64,000 nt of DNA from Octopus sinensis (taxonomy: Eukaryota). This document shows, piece after piece, positions 44,543-58,260 of this stretch. The notes below the pieces were generated by a model. The model worked only from the letters and a program-made list of their open reading frames with translations, did no database searches and was not told where the DNA came from. The position numbers and the translations under genes are program-made. The stretch spans positions 12,338,001-12,402,000 of the forward strand of contig NC_043009.1 in the NCBI RefSeq assembly GCF_006345805.1. The letters run 5' to 3'. Every line of letters begins with the position of its first letter. Within the stretch, counting starts at the first letter, position 1.

Positions 44543-45502
44543 GTAAGTTTTTAAGTAAATTATATTCTTCTTCGTGTGGGTTGAATAAAGGAAATGAATT
44601 CACAGATTTGAAATGGCACACGTATGCACTTAATATCGTTTATTTAATTGCTATTTTATACCAAGTCAACATTGATCAGGCAGAAATATCATTAAAAGTG
44701 TTCCAATGATTCTGATCTCTTATCTCTTTCAGGCAATATGGATTTAGGAATACATTTTTCAATGTCACCTTCAAATAACACCTACCTTTATTATCTCACT
44801 TAGATCTCCCTCAAATGACGGCCTCTTTTCCTAAAAAGGGGGAAGTGTAATTGTGAATTAAGAAAGACTTGGCTGTTATAACCAGCAGGTCGAACAACTG
44901 ATTCGAGAACTTTGGCTTTTAATCTAAAACGCACAATCAACAACTCATGATTAATAACTATTTCCTTTCCTTTTCTTCTTTATATAACCTTGAATCTTGA
45001 TTATTTCATTGGTGGGATATAAGGGGATATAACGAAAAATATATTGATCGTTTTCGTTCACATGATCCTTAAAAGAGAGTTACACCTTTTATATCGCTAA
45101 CTGGCATTACATATAAGTAAGGTAATTTACTTCTGAGACAGAAGAGCAACAAATACCATAGCAACTGATCAATGAGATGCAATTCCAAGAGGTCGAGAAG
45201 TCGGTCCATCCAAATTCAAAGTCAACAGACGTTAATAATCTAAGCGCATGACCATTTACAAATGAAAATAATATTTGCTATTATCATTATAATTAATATG
45301 ACTATTTCGGTTGGTTTTACCGTAAATATTGTTTCATATTAAATCGTTAGATAATGGAGAGAACGTGATCAGCATGAGACTTACCATCTCCTTTACTCTA
45401 CGTCCTTCATAGCTATCCTTCACATGAAATATCTGGATTTGAAGTACGTTTTAAAACTATTGTGTAATTTAGATAAATGTGTGATAATTAAGGAAATATA
45501 TG

Positions 45503-46025
<523 letters not shown>

Positions 46026-46939
46026 ATTATTTTATTTACAGTTTTTAACTGAAGAACATGTGACCTCATCTATTACGTGTATGCTACAGCTTAGATTCTC
46101 GAACTGATTAATTCCATTTTGTTTCTCAAATCCTTTGGGAAACATTTGGCTCCAGCCTCTTTATTAATGAGGAAATGAAATATAGTTTGCATCTATCCTT
46201 TTTCTTCACATATAAACAATCTGAAACCATCTTAATGTTGCTCGTGTTAAAATCTTAATGTCGCAGATAGTGTGTCTGCTGCTTTTTTCTATTTTCACAG
46301 TCCATTCTCCCATGAGAAACACCGGGGTGCTGTTTTTAGTTGCTACGCGATTGAACAAAATGGCCGTGGTGTTTTCTTAAAGTATTTTTGTACCAAGTTC
46401 AAATTCCGATGAAGTCACGTTTTTAAGCCACTTCAAATTACAAAGCAGCTGGTCGTATTACTCTCATTAACATGATTAACTTCTCCAAGCAGTATTAGGC
46501 ATCAAGCTAGCAACATCATAGATATTACCTGGTTTTATGTTGGCCTCTTAAATGTCCTATGAATTGAACTCAATTACTGCCTACCTTGAGTGACTTTTAT
46601 CATGGTATTGTACCATATATTCCAGCGATATTTGATCCTATTATATTGTAATATATTGTAATCTGATCCTGATTAGTAACAGCTGTTCCACGTAAGGTTT
46701 AACTAACATGTAAACCACTGGTAGGTAATTAGGTAGGTATGTAGGTAGGTAGGTTCTCTTTGTGTGAATCTCAAGAATAAAAAATAAATTCATATAAATG
46801 TCTATATGCACTATTATATAGGCCCGCATACTGGAACATATACACATGCATATGTACCTAAACACATACGAATATATGTGTGTGTGTATGTGTGTATAAT
46901 ATATATATATTATTATTATTATAATTATTTTTATTATTA

Positions 46940-46987
<48 letters not shown>

Positions 46988-47173
46988 TATTATTGTTATT
47001 ATTATTATCAAACAATTAAACTTACTTCACCTATCCAGTACTTTTGACAATTACTATAAAACCACTAATTTTTAGACGTTTCTTTAAGATTACAATCGTC
47101 CAATACTCCCCATATCATAAACCCAACAAGTATCTTATTTGACTCATCTTCAGTTTATGTTGTGCTGTGTAAT

Positions 47174-47264
<91 letters not shown>

Positions 47265-47680
47265 TATATATAAAAATAGATGTGGGTATGTCAGATGTGG
47301 GGTTGGTGTTTGTTAATGATAAGCGTGCGAGTGAAGGAGTGCTGATGAACCAGAGGTGAAAGAAAATGTTCATTGGTAAAAGCAAGATAATTGATTGAGG
47401 GTGAAGTTGGGAAGTCGGGGTTATTTAAGAGGTGCTTTATGAAAGGCAAGTGAAAGTTACCTCCTGCTGGTTCCACTTGAATAGTCGGACTTTGGTAGAA
47501 AATATAATGGTCAGATGATTTTCAAGTTCTTCTATGGCTGAATCAACTATCTTAATTTTATAAAGAGTAGCTTCAGTAATTTTCTACCATAAAGATGAGT
47601 TTAGGTGTGTGTCTGGAGGAAGGTGTTAATGAGGTGTAAGATACATGTCTTTAGATAAAAATGGGAATGATAGCACAGAG

Positions 47681-47736
<56 letters not shown>

Positions 47737-47993
47737 AGGTTAGACAGGGAATGTTTGTTGATAGAAATGTATTTTTTAATATTTATATCTTGGTTTGAGA
47801 GGGGAGGGGAGGGAGAGATCATGCTAGCTCACATATTTACTTCCCTACATAACAAACAAGCAAAATGTATACATGTATATATATATATATATATAGTTAA
47901 TCCAAACAAGAAAACACAAAGAAACACAACAACGCGAGGACGTGGAACAAATATAGTATTATTGGACGCTCAGGAAAGAAAGAAAGAAGGAGG

Positions 47994-48028
47994 GTTTAAC
48001 GTTTCGAGCGGAGCTCTTCGTCGGAAAC
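47994..48028 (-). ncRNA. Minimal hammerhead-like motif (mirror of 3040-3074)
   Basis: Identical reverse complement. Confidence 0.4.
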
Positions 48029-48573
48029 ATAGGAGAAGGAAAGATCCAGGGAAGGGAAAACAGAGGAAAAAAATCGCCAACAGTACACACGAGGTCACAT
48101 TTTGAATCAAAACCATTTAAATTCCAATATTTACTTATGTTTAATGACTGAATGAATTTAATAAAAGCACCTAAATATGAAACATCATGAAAATTGTTCA
48201 AAGTGAAGTCCTTCTTGAGGGACACATTTTTCTATTCGAGTCAGTACAGAATAAGAGATAGTATTTATGGAATTTTGATTTACTCTCGGGGGACTTTTAA
48301 TGAACCCTGTATATGTATATGACGGGCCCTCCCTACCACTGGATTACATAGTATTGATCTATCTGAGGCTACAGTAAAAGTACTTTGCTCCTTTGCTAGA
48401 TTACCTTTTAAGCAGTTTGATCCGATTCGGAACAGCATGACTGAGGAGATTTTAATATGAAATATGCGTGTGCTCACGCTCCTGTAATAATATATTTAAG
48501 TAAACAAATACTAAAGTACTGTGTGCTACAACCGGTAGTTCTTATATATATATATATTTTTTTTTTTAAACAG

Positions 48574-48720
48574 GTTATTCGTGTAAACTGCCATATATTG
48601 TATCCTTCAATATGACAAACAGTACTTACAGCGAAAGTTCCTGGAAATATGAATGCCTGGAAACCAACACAAGTTGCCGTATGAAAACAATTTGGAATAA
48701 CGGATCAAACCATTATCTCG
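48574..48720 (+). CDS. Probable exon 4 (right copy): degenerate Sushi-like module with 4 N-glycosylation sequons
   Basis: Strong T-tract acceptor TTTTTTTAAACAG|, phase 1-1 open frame YSCKLPYIVSFNMTNSTYSESSWKYECLETNTSCRMKTIWNNGSNHYL. Donor G|GTACGG is weaker. Frame is open in both arms. Confidence 0.6.
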
Positions 48721-48849
48721 GTACGGCTTTAATCCTTATTAGTTATTCTCTAAAATCAGAGTAAAGCATGGCAATATTTATTCAAAATTACGTATCTAAG
48801 AACCTTCTTAATTACTAATACTCTCATTGTTGTTGTTGTTGTTGTTGTG

Positions 48850-49229
48850 AGCTAATAGAATCGTTAGCACGTCGGGCAAATGCTTAGCGGTATTTCGTCT
48901 GCCGCTACGTTCTGAGTTCAAATTCCGCCGAGGTCGACTTTGCCTTTCATCCTTTCGGGGTCGATAAATTAAGTACCACTTACGCACTAGGGTCGATATA
49001 ATCGACTTAATCCATCTGTCTGTCCTTGTTTGTCCTTTCTGTGTTTAGCCCCTTGTGGGTTGTAAAGAAATAGGTATTTCGTCCGTTTTTTCGTTCCGAG
49101 TCCTTATTCCGCTGTGGTCGATTTTGCCTTTCATCCTTTCGGCGTCGGTAAAATAAGTACCAGTTGAACACTGGTGTCGATGTAACCCACTTACCTCCGA
49201 AATTTCTGACTTTCTGCCAAAATTTGAAG
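48850..49229 (+). mobile_element. tRNA-derived SINE fragments at outer end of right arm
   Basis: Mirror of 1860-2212; the SINE-like sequence appears to continue a little past the point where the left arm hits the gap. Confidence 0.7.
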
Positions 49230-49259
49230 CGTAGAGTCTGGAGTGTCACCAAGCGCTCA

Positions 49260-50130
49260 AATCCCTCTGCCAAATGGTCAATGCGATCGTTGGAAGTTCT
49301 GTCGGAAATTAGTAGCGGGCAAGAGCGACGACAATCTCAGGGAAACTCGGGGAATCGGGTGGGATCAACCAGTTGATGTTTTCCGGATGACATTTGAGCC
49401 GGGGCCGGGGCCGATATATAGTTTTCAGAAATCCCTGGCCTGGCAGTGCTCTGTCTGTTCAAGACAAGCTTTACAAGCACGGAAGTACCGTCAGACAAAC
49501 CTGCTCGATATGTGCGCAGGGAGTTAAAACGGTTCTGTGTGCATTTGTCCAGTGTCCAAGTATTGCTGATTTGTGGTGCACTGTCGAACAGCTGTCGATG
49601 CATGTACCACGGATCCGGTTATCCGAGTCCATCGTGAAGACTGTCCCGCCACATTTTTTGACCGAGAAAGGAATGGAGTTTTCCCCGCTATCTCTCTGAC
49701 AGAGATAGTGTGGTGGATGATATTGAAAGGCCTGAAGACAGACACTTTCTCTTTAGACGAATCCTCATCAACTTTTTCATGTTCTACTTAAAAAGAGAAG
49801 TCAGGGAGAAGGAAGTGCTGCCTCCAAGTATTTTTACTGAAAGGTGTGTGAATGTGGCGGAGATAACCTGTATGACTGGGCCTTCGCTGAACATGTGCTT
49901 AGCGAACAGCGAAGTCAAGGGGATGTGAAGTACCTGCTTGAGTTGCCCTTCGTGGTCAAGGTGACAAGGATATGTAGGGTTCCTTGGTTGACTCTGAGAG
50001 AAACTCCTCTCTTTTGGAGAATTTTATTGTTTACATTTTGTTAATTGTATACAAATATTGTCCTTACCCCACTTCTCCCTCGTGTCGTATCCTCCCTATT
50101 TAATTTGAGTACGGCCCTTGTAGCCAAAAA
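49260..50130 (+). mobile_element. Diverged 3' fragment of an L1/Tx1-type LINE related to 1-1759
   Basis: Colinear similarity, e.g. GCGACGAC..AGGGAAACT at 1195 vs 49325, and the ..VWW..LKG....INFFMFYLKREVR.. C-terminus. Confidence 0.65.
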
Positions 50131-50150
50131 AGGAAAGATTATTATTATTA

Positions 50151-50212
<62 letters not shown>

Positions 50213-50215
<3 letters not shown>

Positions 50216-50833
50216 TAGTTTCATTTTTATAGCGTGCTTTCACTTCACAGCTCTGTGTGCCTTGGGTATGTGCTGTGATTTGTTGTGATGCTCTGATGGT
50301 TATTGTATGGAAAGTGTTCTGCGTAGGATGTGTGCAGTGCCTAGTAGTGCAATTTTCTGTATGTTATATGTGTTTGTAAGTCCTGGTGTTTTTGTTATGT
50401 ATTTGTCTGAATATTTTTTTATCATGCCTAATGCACCTACTATGATAGGAATTGTTTCTGTTTTCAGATTCCATATTCTAGTTACCTCTATTTCCAGGTC
50501 TTTGTATTTTGAGAGTTTCTCCATTTCTTTTAGAGACACGTTGTCATCAGCCGGTATTGGTACATCAATTAGAAAGCATTTTTTTTCTTCATGATCTCTG
50601 ACAACTATATCTGGTCTGTTGGCCTTAATTTCTCTATCTGTGTGTATCTGCATATCCCAGAGTATGGTTGCCTTCTCGTTTTCTGTGACCTTTTCTGGTG
50701 TGTGCATATACCATATTTTTTCTGTTGTTATTCCATAATGTTGGCATAGCTTCCAATGTATGTAGGTTCCAACTCTGTCATGTCTGTGAATATATTCCTT
50801 CTTAGCCAAGACTGGGCAGCTAGAGATAATATG
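50213..50833 (-). mobile_element. 5'-truncated R4/Dong copy (same family as 10673-13757), flanked by (ATT)n on both sides
   Basis: ORF 50300-50938 has HIISSCPVL..RPDIVV..FLIDVPIP..IPIIVGALG in one intact frame. Confidence 0.9.
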
Positions 50834-50852
50834 ATTATTATTATTATTATTA

Positions 50853-50902
<50 letters not shown>

Positions 50903-50925
50903 ATTATTATTATCATTATTATCAT

Positions 50926-51118
50926 TGCCTTTGCACAACCTCTAACGCTGAAGGTGTACTAGTGTCATCTGTTCACTACCAGTGAACTAAGGTATCACCT
51001 CTTCCGGAGTATTCGAGCGGTTTCACGCAGTACTGTTTTCTGCAAGTGATCCACCCTCATTGCAGCCACTATTTGTTCCATTGTTATTATTAATATTCTT
51101 ATTCTTATTATTGTTATA

Positions 51119-51189
<71 letters not shown>

Positions 51190-51250
51190 TATTATATTAT
51201 TATTATTATTATTATTATTATTATCAATATGATTATTATTATTATTATTA

Positions 51251-51291
<41 letters not shown>

Positions 51292-51534
51292 CATTATTAT
51301 TATCATTGCCTTTGCACAACTTCTAACGCTGAAGGTGTACTAGTGTCAGCTGTTCACTACCAGTGAACTAAGGTATCACCTCTTATATTTCTTCCGGAGT
51401 ATTCGGGCGGTTTCACGCAGTACTGTTTTCTGCAAGTGATCCACCCTCATTGCAGCCACTATTTGTTCCATTGTTATTATTAATATTCTTATTCTTATTA
51501 TTGTTATAATTATTATTATTATTATATTATTATA

Positions 51535-51596
<62 letters not shown>

Positions 51597-51598
51597 CA

Positions 51599-51643
<45 letters not shown>

Positions 51644-51845
51644 TATGTTTGACTTTTGCTTTATATTTGTACAAGTTGGCTCCAAGTCTCACCCAGAGAC
51701 CTCAAGAGACAACAGGGTTGGAAGTTCATGTTGTTGTTATGCCTAGTGTGCCCTATATTTGGGGGATGGGGATGTTGTACTAATGAATGTCTAAAAAAAA
51801 AAGGTTATTATTATTATTATTATTATCATTATTATTATCAATATG

Positions 51846-51916
<71 letters not shown>

Positions 51917-52099
51917 CATTATTATTATCATTGCCTTTGCACAACTTCTAACGCTGAAGGTGTACTAGTGTCAGCTGTTCCCTACCAGTGAACTAAGGTA
52001 TCATCTCTTATTTTTCTTCCGGAATATTCGAGCGCTTTCACGCAGTACTGTTTTCTGCAAGTGATCCACCCTCATTGCAGCCCCTCTATGTTCCTTTGC
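50926..52099 (-). repeat. Three ~160-bp R4/Dong 3'-end units embedded in (ATT)n
   Basis: Units 50926-51083, 51307-51473 and 51932-52099, each encoding ..AMRVDHLQKTVLRE.ARI.RK.. Confidence 0.85.
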
Positions 52100-52134
52100 T
52101 ATTATTAATATTATTATTATTATTATTGTTATCA

Positions 52135-52189
<55 letters not shown>

Positions 52190-52196
52190 CATTATG

Positions 52197-52239
<43 letters not shown>

Positions 52240-52258
52240 TATTATTATTATTATATCA

Positions 52259-52298
<40 letters not shown>

Positions 52299-53043
52299 CA
52301 TTATTATTATTATATTATTATTATTAATATTATTATTATTATTTTGTTTAAAGTCTCGATTTCTTATGTCGAATTAACTGATAACTATTTTGCTTTCAGT
52401 TGGAAAAGTTTGTTTTTCTTTAAAATTATCACAAATCAATTTGTCAGAGGAGACTATGAGAGCTGGGAAGAGTTTAAAGAAGATGAGAGCGGGGCAAGCT
52501 AAGTTGCACTGCTTCTGTACCAGAGATGTGTTTGTAAAAATGCAGAAATCTTTAAGGTTGGTCGTGTTGTACAGAAAACTCAGCTGTCATACATGTATCA
52601 GTAAAGGTCATTCAATGGGTTTCTTCTCATCAGATTTGAGAAATTGAAAGAAGAACAGCACAAACTGCAATAGCGAGCTAAAAAACCTGAGGTTCCCAAG
52701 GAATCATCAGTCGCATCTCCAGAAATGTTGGCAAGGATCACCATCTCGTTGGTTCTAAGGCATCCAGGAAGATGAATCGCATTTTTCCAGGCCATAGTCA
52801 TCAGCACCAGCCTATTGGTTTCCGACAGTGAAGAAAGAAAGGAAAATACTCTGTAGAGGCAAAATACTAGAGAAAGCAGAAGCAAATAGAAAAAGAAACC
52901 AAAACCTCTTTTTAAAAAATGACACAAATACCGTGAAGAGGAGTCCATGTCCCGTTACACGGCTTTAAATTTCAGTTCGCGCACAGCAGCAAAAAACTGA
53001 TGGAAGAGATTTTAAAAATCTTTGTGACTGATTTCAGGACAAA

Positions 53044-53294
53044 ATTCAGTGCAGATTAGCAGACAGAGACTCGCTATGTGGATCATAGAATAATCAGGAT
53101 ATTAAAACACTCGAACAATGCTACAAATGACTTTGCATAAAATATTTCCAGGAGCTGGGCCCTTTCTTGGCTTTTCCAACCTCAAAATTGCACAAAGATA
53201 CTTTTTGGACAAGTAAAGTACGTGGAAAGCAAAAGAAGAAAAGAAATATTAAACGGGGATGATGAAAGTTGTGGCAATCCTAATTTGACTCAAC
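53044..53294 (+). repeat. 251-bp direct repeat, copy 1
   Basis: Near-identical to 57165-57415. Confidence 0.9.
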
Positions 53295-54084
53295 TGGGTG
53301 ATTTTATGGGTGAATTTCTATATTTTCATTAAATTATTTATCATAATATTTCTTTTACATATTTACTTAAATATCTTGTACAATAATTGCGTCAAATTTC
53401 AAAGATTCTTTTTTATTTTTAGCATGTCCTGATATACTGGATTTGAAATGCCTTTTACTTCTTTCTTCGTTCACATTCACCTTTTCCTTTCTTCTTAATA
53501 TCAATCATATATTTATTCAATAATCTATCCCATATCATTGCTACGAGCGTGCCGCAGCAAGTATTGCCTGTAATTTAGTACTGAAGTCGGCATTCATTTC
53601 TTTGCAGATACTGATTTCATCCACACCCTGGATGGACTCAAATATGGCCACTCCTGCTAATTTGTCAAAATTAATATTTAAATATAATGCAGAATGCCTC
53701 AGCAATTCAATGTGTTATGCGACTGAGTCCGATTACATGAAATAATGTTTCTCTAAAATTTCGTAATAAAACATTCTTATATTCAATGAATTGGAATCTT
53801 TTAAACAGATATTTCCTGTACAACGAAGAATAATGTAAGCAGTCAGTTAACAAATTTCAGTTATTTTTGTGCCAAAAGTAAAATCGTCGATAATTTCAAT
53901 TACTTTCAACCCTGTTTACCAAAGAAAGCTAGACACCCTTGTCGTAAGTCTAATAAAATGTTCTTAATTTTTTTTATCATTTTATTATTTTACTAACTGT
54001 AGCAAGTTAGAGTAACTTCAAATGCTTTAGTCGGTTATATCGTGCCCGTCTGTTTGTCAACTCACCAGAGATATGTAATATAGA

Positions 54085-54318
54085 ATGTGTATATTATTAC
54101 CGGTAACAAGACTTGGACCATTACTTTGGACCATTGCAAGAAGACTGAAAGAAGTTGGGTTTTTTTCTAAAATGTTTTGCACTACAAAGCCTTTTTTCAT
54201 CAAAAACATTTCGAACAAAATGCATCATTTAGTCATATGTTGTAACTTGGTCAAAAACTCATTCAGATTCGTTTCAGAAACTCTTTCCGAATTAAGAATC
54301 AAGATTTCAGCATTTTAG
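54085..54318 (+). mobile_element. Possible hAT transposase dimerisation-domain remnant
   Basis: CILLPVT..GFFSKM..HHLVIC resembles the hAT C-terminal LPVT..ER.FS.M..L.HL motif; weak. Confidence 0.3.
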
Positions 54319-54747
54319 TGGTAGTTTTGCGAAAACCAACTAATTACCCGGCTTGGTTTCCAGTCATCATCGGGTATTTTATTGCTGGGTGTGTGAACTT
54401 TCTTATGATTGTATTTACAAATAGTCCAGTGGATAAGATTACTATTGTCTTTAATTTAAAAATAAAGGCTCCCAACTCGAAACTAACTCAGGAATGTGTA
54501 CACACCCAGGAAAAAAACATCAAAGGGCGATCGGATAATAAACAATTACTAACATACTCTCAACATAAATATGAGATTCTCCACCTTCTTATTCAATTCA
54601 CAAAGAGATAGTGGAGAGAATAATAGGGCCGTGATGTGAAAGACAGATCGATAGATCGATAGATAGATAGATAAATAGATAGAGAGATCCATATATACAT
54701 ACATACATACATACATATATACATACATACATACATACATACATACA

Positions 54748-54781
<34 letters not shown>

Positions 54782-54907
54782 CATGCATACGCACGTACGT
54801 ACATACATGTGAAGATATATATATATATATATATATATATATCCATGTTGATTCGCACGCATATTTTTTTCTCTCCTTGTTTCTTTCTGTGTTTCTTTTG
54901 TGTGTAT

Positions 54908-54943
54908 CGTTCTGTTGAAGAGCGTAGGCTCGAAACGTAAAAG
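54908..54943 (+). ncRNA. Minimal hammerhead-like motif
   Basis: cgtt-CTGTTGA-A-GAGC-gtag-GCTC-GAAAC-GTA-aaag. Confidence 0.4.
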
Positions 54944-55509
54944 ACTTGTTTTATTTATATTCCTGAGCCCCATACTAATACAATTGTTTGTTTATATTCC
55001 ACCTGCCTTCGTCTTTTGTTTATTTTCATAAAGCTTCCCGTTATATAAATATATATATATATATATATATAGTCAATTCAAGAATAGCTTATCCTCATTA
55101 GAAATTAATGAATCCAAAATTTTACTCCATCACATTAGAAGCAAATTTCCACGATGCATTACGAATTATTAAAATAGGTAAAATTAATAATGTAAGAAAA
55201 TGGAGGTTGAGGATGTATACATAATTTATTTGCATTATAGTTTGTTGTTAAGATATAAATACAACTGAATTTTAAAAAATAAACTCAACAGAAGACGCCA
55301 AATACCGACATATGTTTCGATTTTGACATTTCGGTGATACATAATACAAAGCATGTGGGTAAAATCCAATGTTAAAAATTGAAGCCGTAAACAGAATCTC
55401 TTCACTCTTTTCGTTGTAATAATAACGAAGGTTACATCTTTCTTAAAGAAATTCAAATCTACAAGGTGTAGATTTGATTTACATTAAGAATATATATATA
55501 TATACACTT

Positions 55510-55685
55510 TACTCTTTCACTCTTTTACTTGTTTCACTTTCCGTCTGCCAAATCCACTCACTAGTCTTTAGTCGGCCCGAAGCTATAGTAGCAGGCACTC
55601 GCCCAAGGTGCCACGCAGTGGGACTGAACCCGGAACCATGTGGTTCATAAGCAAGCTACTTACCACGCAGCCACTCCTACGCCTA
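55510..55685 (-). mobile_element. SINE head fused to SINE tail (internally deleted)
   Basis: GTGCCACGCAGTGGGACTGAACCCGGAACCATGTGG head directly joined to CTTTTACTTGTTTC tail. Confidence 0.65.
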
Positions 55686-55700
55686 TATATATATATATAT

Positions 55701-55731
<31 letters not shown>

Positions 55732-57164
55732 GCATGTTGCTTAATCTCGAACGAATGAGAAATGAGTGCGCAACATATGTTGCTGACGATATGAAGATCG
55801 CAGTGATGTGAAACATGGGTCGAGAGACAAACTCTTACTTTCAGCTTCAATAAAACATTGTACATATACATGTGTGAGTGTATGTGTGTGTATACGTGAG
55901 CTTGTGTATGTATGTATGTATGTATGTATGTATGCATGCATGTATGTATGTATGTATGTATGTATGTATGTATGTATGTATGTATGTATGCATGTATGTA
56001 TCAACCCCGTCCATATTTCCTGTCTTGCTGCGACTGTGAATGCCTTGGGTGCTGTCGCTTCCTACAGACAAACCAAGATTATAAAATATGTGGAAATGAA
56101 TATTATGTATGTTGATTAGCGCTGTGGGATGGTTTTCTTTGCTATTTGAAGCTACCCACATTATTAAACCTTTGCCTCTACTTCATCAGATATACTCGAT
56201 CTAATATGTAAGAAATGTTTAAACGATTACATTAATGTTCTCTCTGTCTCCCTCCCTCTGTCTTTCTCTTTTCCACTCTCTCTCTCCCTCTTGAAGTCTC
56301 CTAATCTTTCTTCAAATTCGGTTGAATAGATATAAGATGCGACGTACCAAGAATTACAACTAAGGTAGATGATCCGCAAAAAAACTGCACCCGAACTATT
56401 ATCTGCAACTGGATGAGGTTTCCTAAAGTTCAGATAATAAAATTTTGCGCACCTCATAAACGAATGAAAAATGGCACGATAAGTTTTGGTAAGTTTAAGA
56501 ATTAAAGTTCTTCAATTTATTCATTTTCCTCAGATGATCGATTGGTTTATTTATTCAGCACATTAACGAATTGACCACTCAATCAATGAAACAATCAATT
56601 CTGTGTATTCCATATGTATACGTGAATGTGTGCGTGTGTTCAGCCCAGGAACCTCAGCTGGAGCATTATTGGATTGTTCGACAAATTTTCGTGGTTCCAC
56701 TAATCGACATTGTGTAGTAGTTACCCCGTTCTTTCTGGAAAATAAAACTAGCGTTTAGGGTTTTTATGTAGTTCTGTTGTTACGAATGTGATTGCATTTA
56801 TGACAACAGGTACAAATTAAAATCTATAACCTGGACACAAGTACTATATGTTTCTAATTTTTTCAGCATAATGACAAAACATTCGCATCCACCAGGCAGC
56901 TGATATCTACAACAATGAGCGTACGTCAGCTTCTGTCCCATTCAACAACACCGGGCCTGTTTTTTTTTTGTGTTTTTTTGGGGGGGAATAAGTAAAATGT
57001 TACACTTGTGTATTTAATTTTTACGAATGTGGCTACATTCTGGTGTGCCTTTGATACGGCCGCCGCAACAATCCTTCCTGCATATAGCATTGCAGACATT
57101 ATTAGCGACAATGTCATGCTTCTTCGGAAGGTGTTATCTTGCTGATATTTTTCGACGGTTGCTG

Positions 57165-57415
57165 ATTCAGTGCAGATTAGCAGACAGAGACTCGCTATGT
57201 GGATCATAGAATAATCAGGATATTAAAACACTCGAACAATGCTACGAATAACTTTGCATAAAATATTTCCAGGAGCTGGGCCCTTTGTTGGCTGTTCCAA
57301 CCTCAAAATTGCACAAAGATACTTTTTGGACAAGTAAAGTACGTGGAATGCAAAAGAAGAAAAGAAATATTAAACGGGGATCATGGAAGTTGTGGTAATC
57401 CTAATTTGACTCAAC
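57165..57415 (+). repeat. 251-bp direct repeat, copy 2
   Basis: Near-identical to 53044-53294. Confidence 0.9.
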
Positions 57416-57449
57416 GAGAGATATCAGCCATACCGGTATGGCATAATCG

Positions 57450-58260
57450 ACATTTTCTGTAGCAATATGGATGTCTAGAGGCATCCTTTTTTCTTTTGTT
57501 GATCAAGTATTAAGTAACTATTTCGCGTCCTTGGGTGGCGAATGTGTAATATTCTATATGAAGTATGATGTGTCTGTCGCAGGTCCAGGAGAAGTCAATG
57601 TTGGTATTTTCCAGTTTGCAGCATCTATACCAATGCATAACTTTCTGTTGTTATGTCGAATAGTTCTTCTCTATTTTAATAAATCAGTCTCTGTTTAGAT
57701 TGTTCTCTGTTTAAATAGATCAGTCCAGACACCTTCGTTTCAAATGTAACAGTTGCACACTCACACTATCACGGGTCCTTCATCTAATCTCATATTGTTA
57801 TGACCTTGGCTATTGGATATACATGCGATGTACTCACTTTTCCCTTTTCTGTTCAGTAAATGATTGTCAAAGTAACATGAAACGGTATTCAAAGGCCGTC
57901 TCAACTGATTCTTTTCCCCACCCTACTTCAATCCCTGCATCTAACATAGATCTTGCACGTGTCTCATCAGTATTCATATGGAAGTTACCGGTTAGCGTTA
58001 GTATGTTCCTAAACCTGATGTCCAAACTGTGCACTTCTTAACGTGCTCAATCTAGTATCCCAAATCTTAGTACACGTTCTGACACTACGAAAGTGTTGTG
58101 GAATATATTTTTATTGAATTCAGTCATCTCCTTCCGGAGCCTATTAAAGTTTGTATGAGCAATATTCTCGTAATTTCCAAGGTATTTTTATCATTCATTA
58201 CTAGTCATTGCAGAGGTTAGACGGGCCATAGACCTCCATAATTCTCGCTTAGTTGACAAT
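57450..58260 (-). mobile_element. Old degenerate R4/Dong RT-thumb fragment
   Basis: One minus-strand frame with stops reads KYLG..E..VLRFGILD*..SLDIRFRNILTLTGNFHMNTD..GWG.ESVE, matching the FG...W..LD...R..LT..G..H..SD..GGRG motif seen at 12480-12620. Confidence 0.55.

Noticed and set aside
44733-44803. Strong acceptor giving a possible alternative terminal exon (RNMDLG..YLT*)
   Set aside because: No domain similarity or other support; needs RNA evidence.
50926-52099. CRISPR-like repeat/spacer appearance
   Set aside because: Units are LINE 3' ends separated by microsatellite in eukaryotic DNA; no cas genes and no short repeat with unique spacers.
52400-52647. Candidate exon 5 (VGKVCFSL..HCFC)
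   Set aside because: Good acceptor and phase, but only a faint WSC-like resemblance, and the region looks like decayed transposon.
57857-58041. Candidate exon (VNDCQSN..)
   Set aside because: It is the antisense strand of a degenerate Dong RT fragment.
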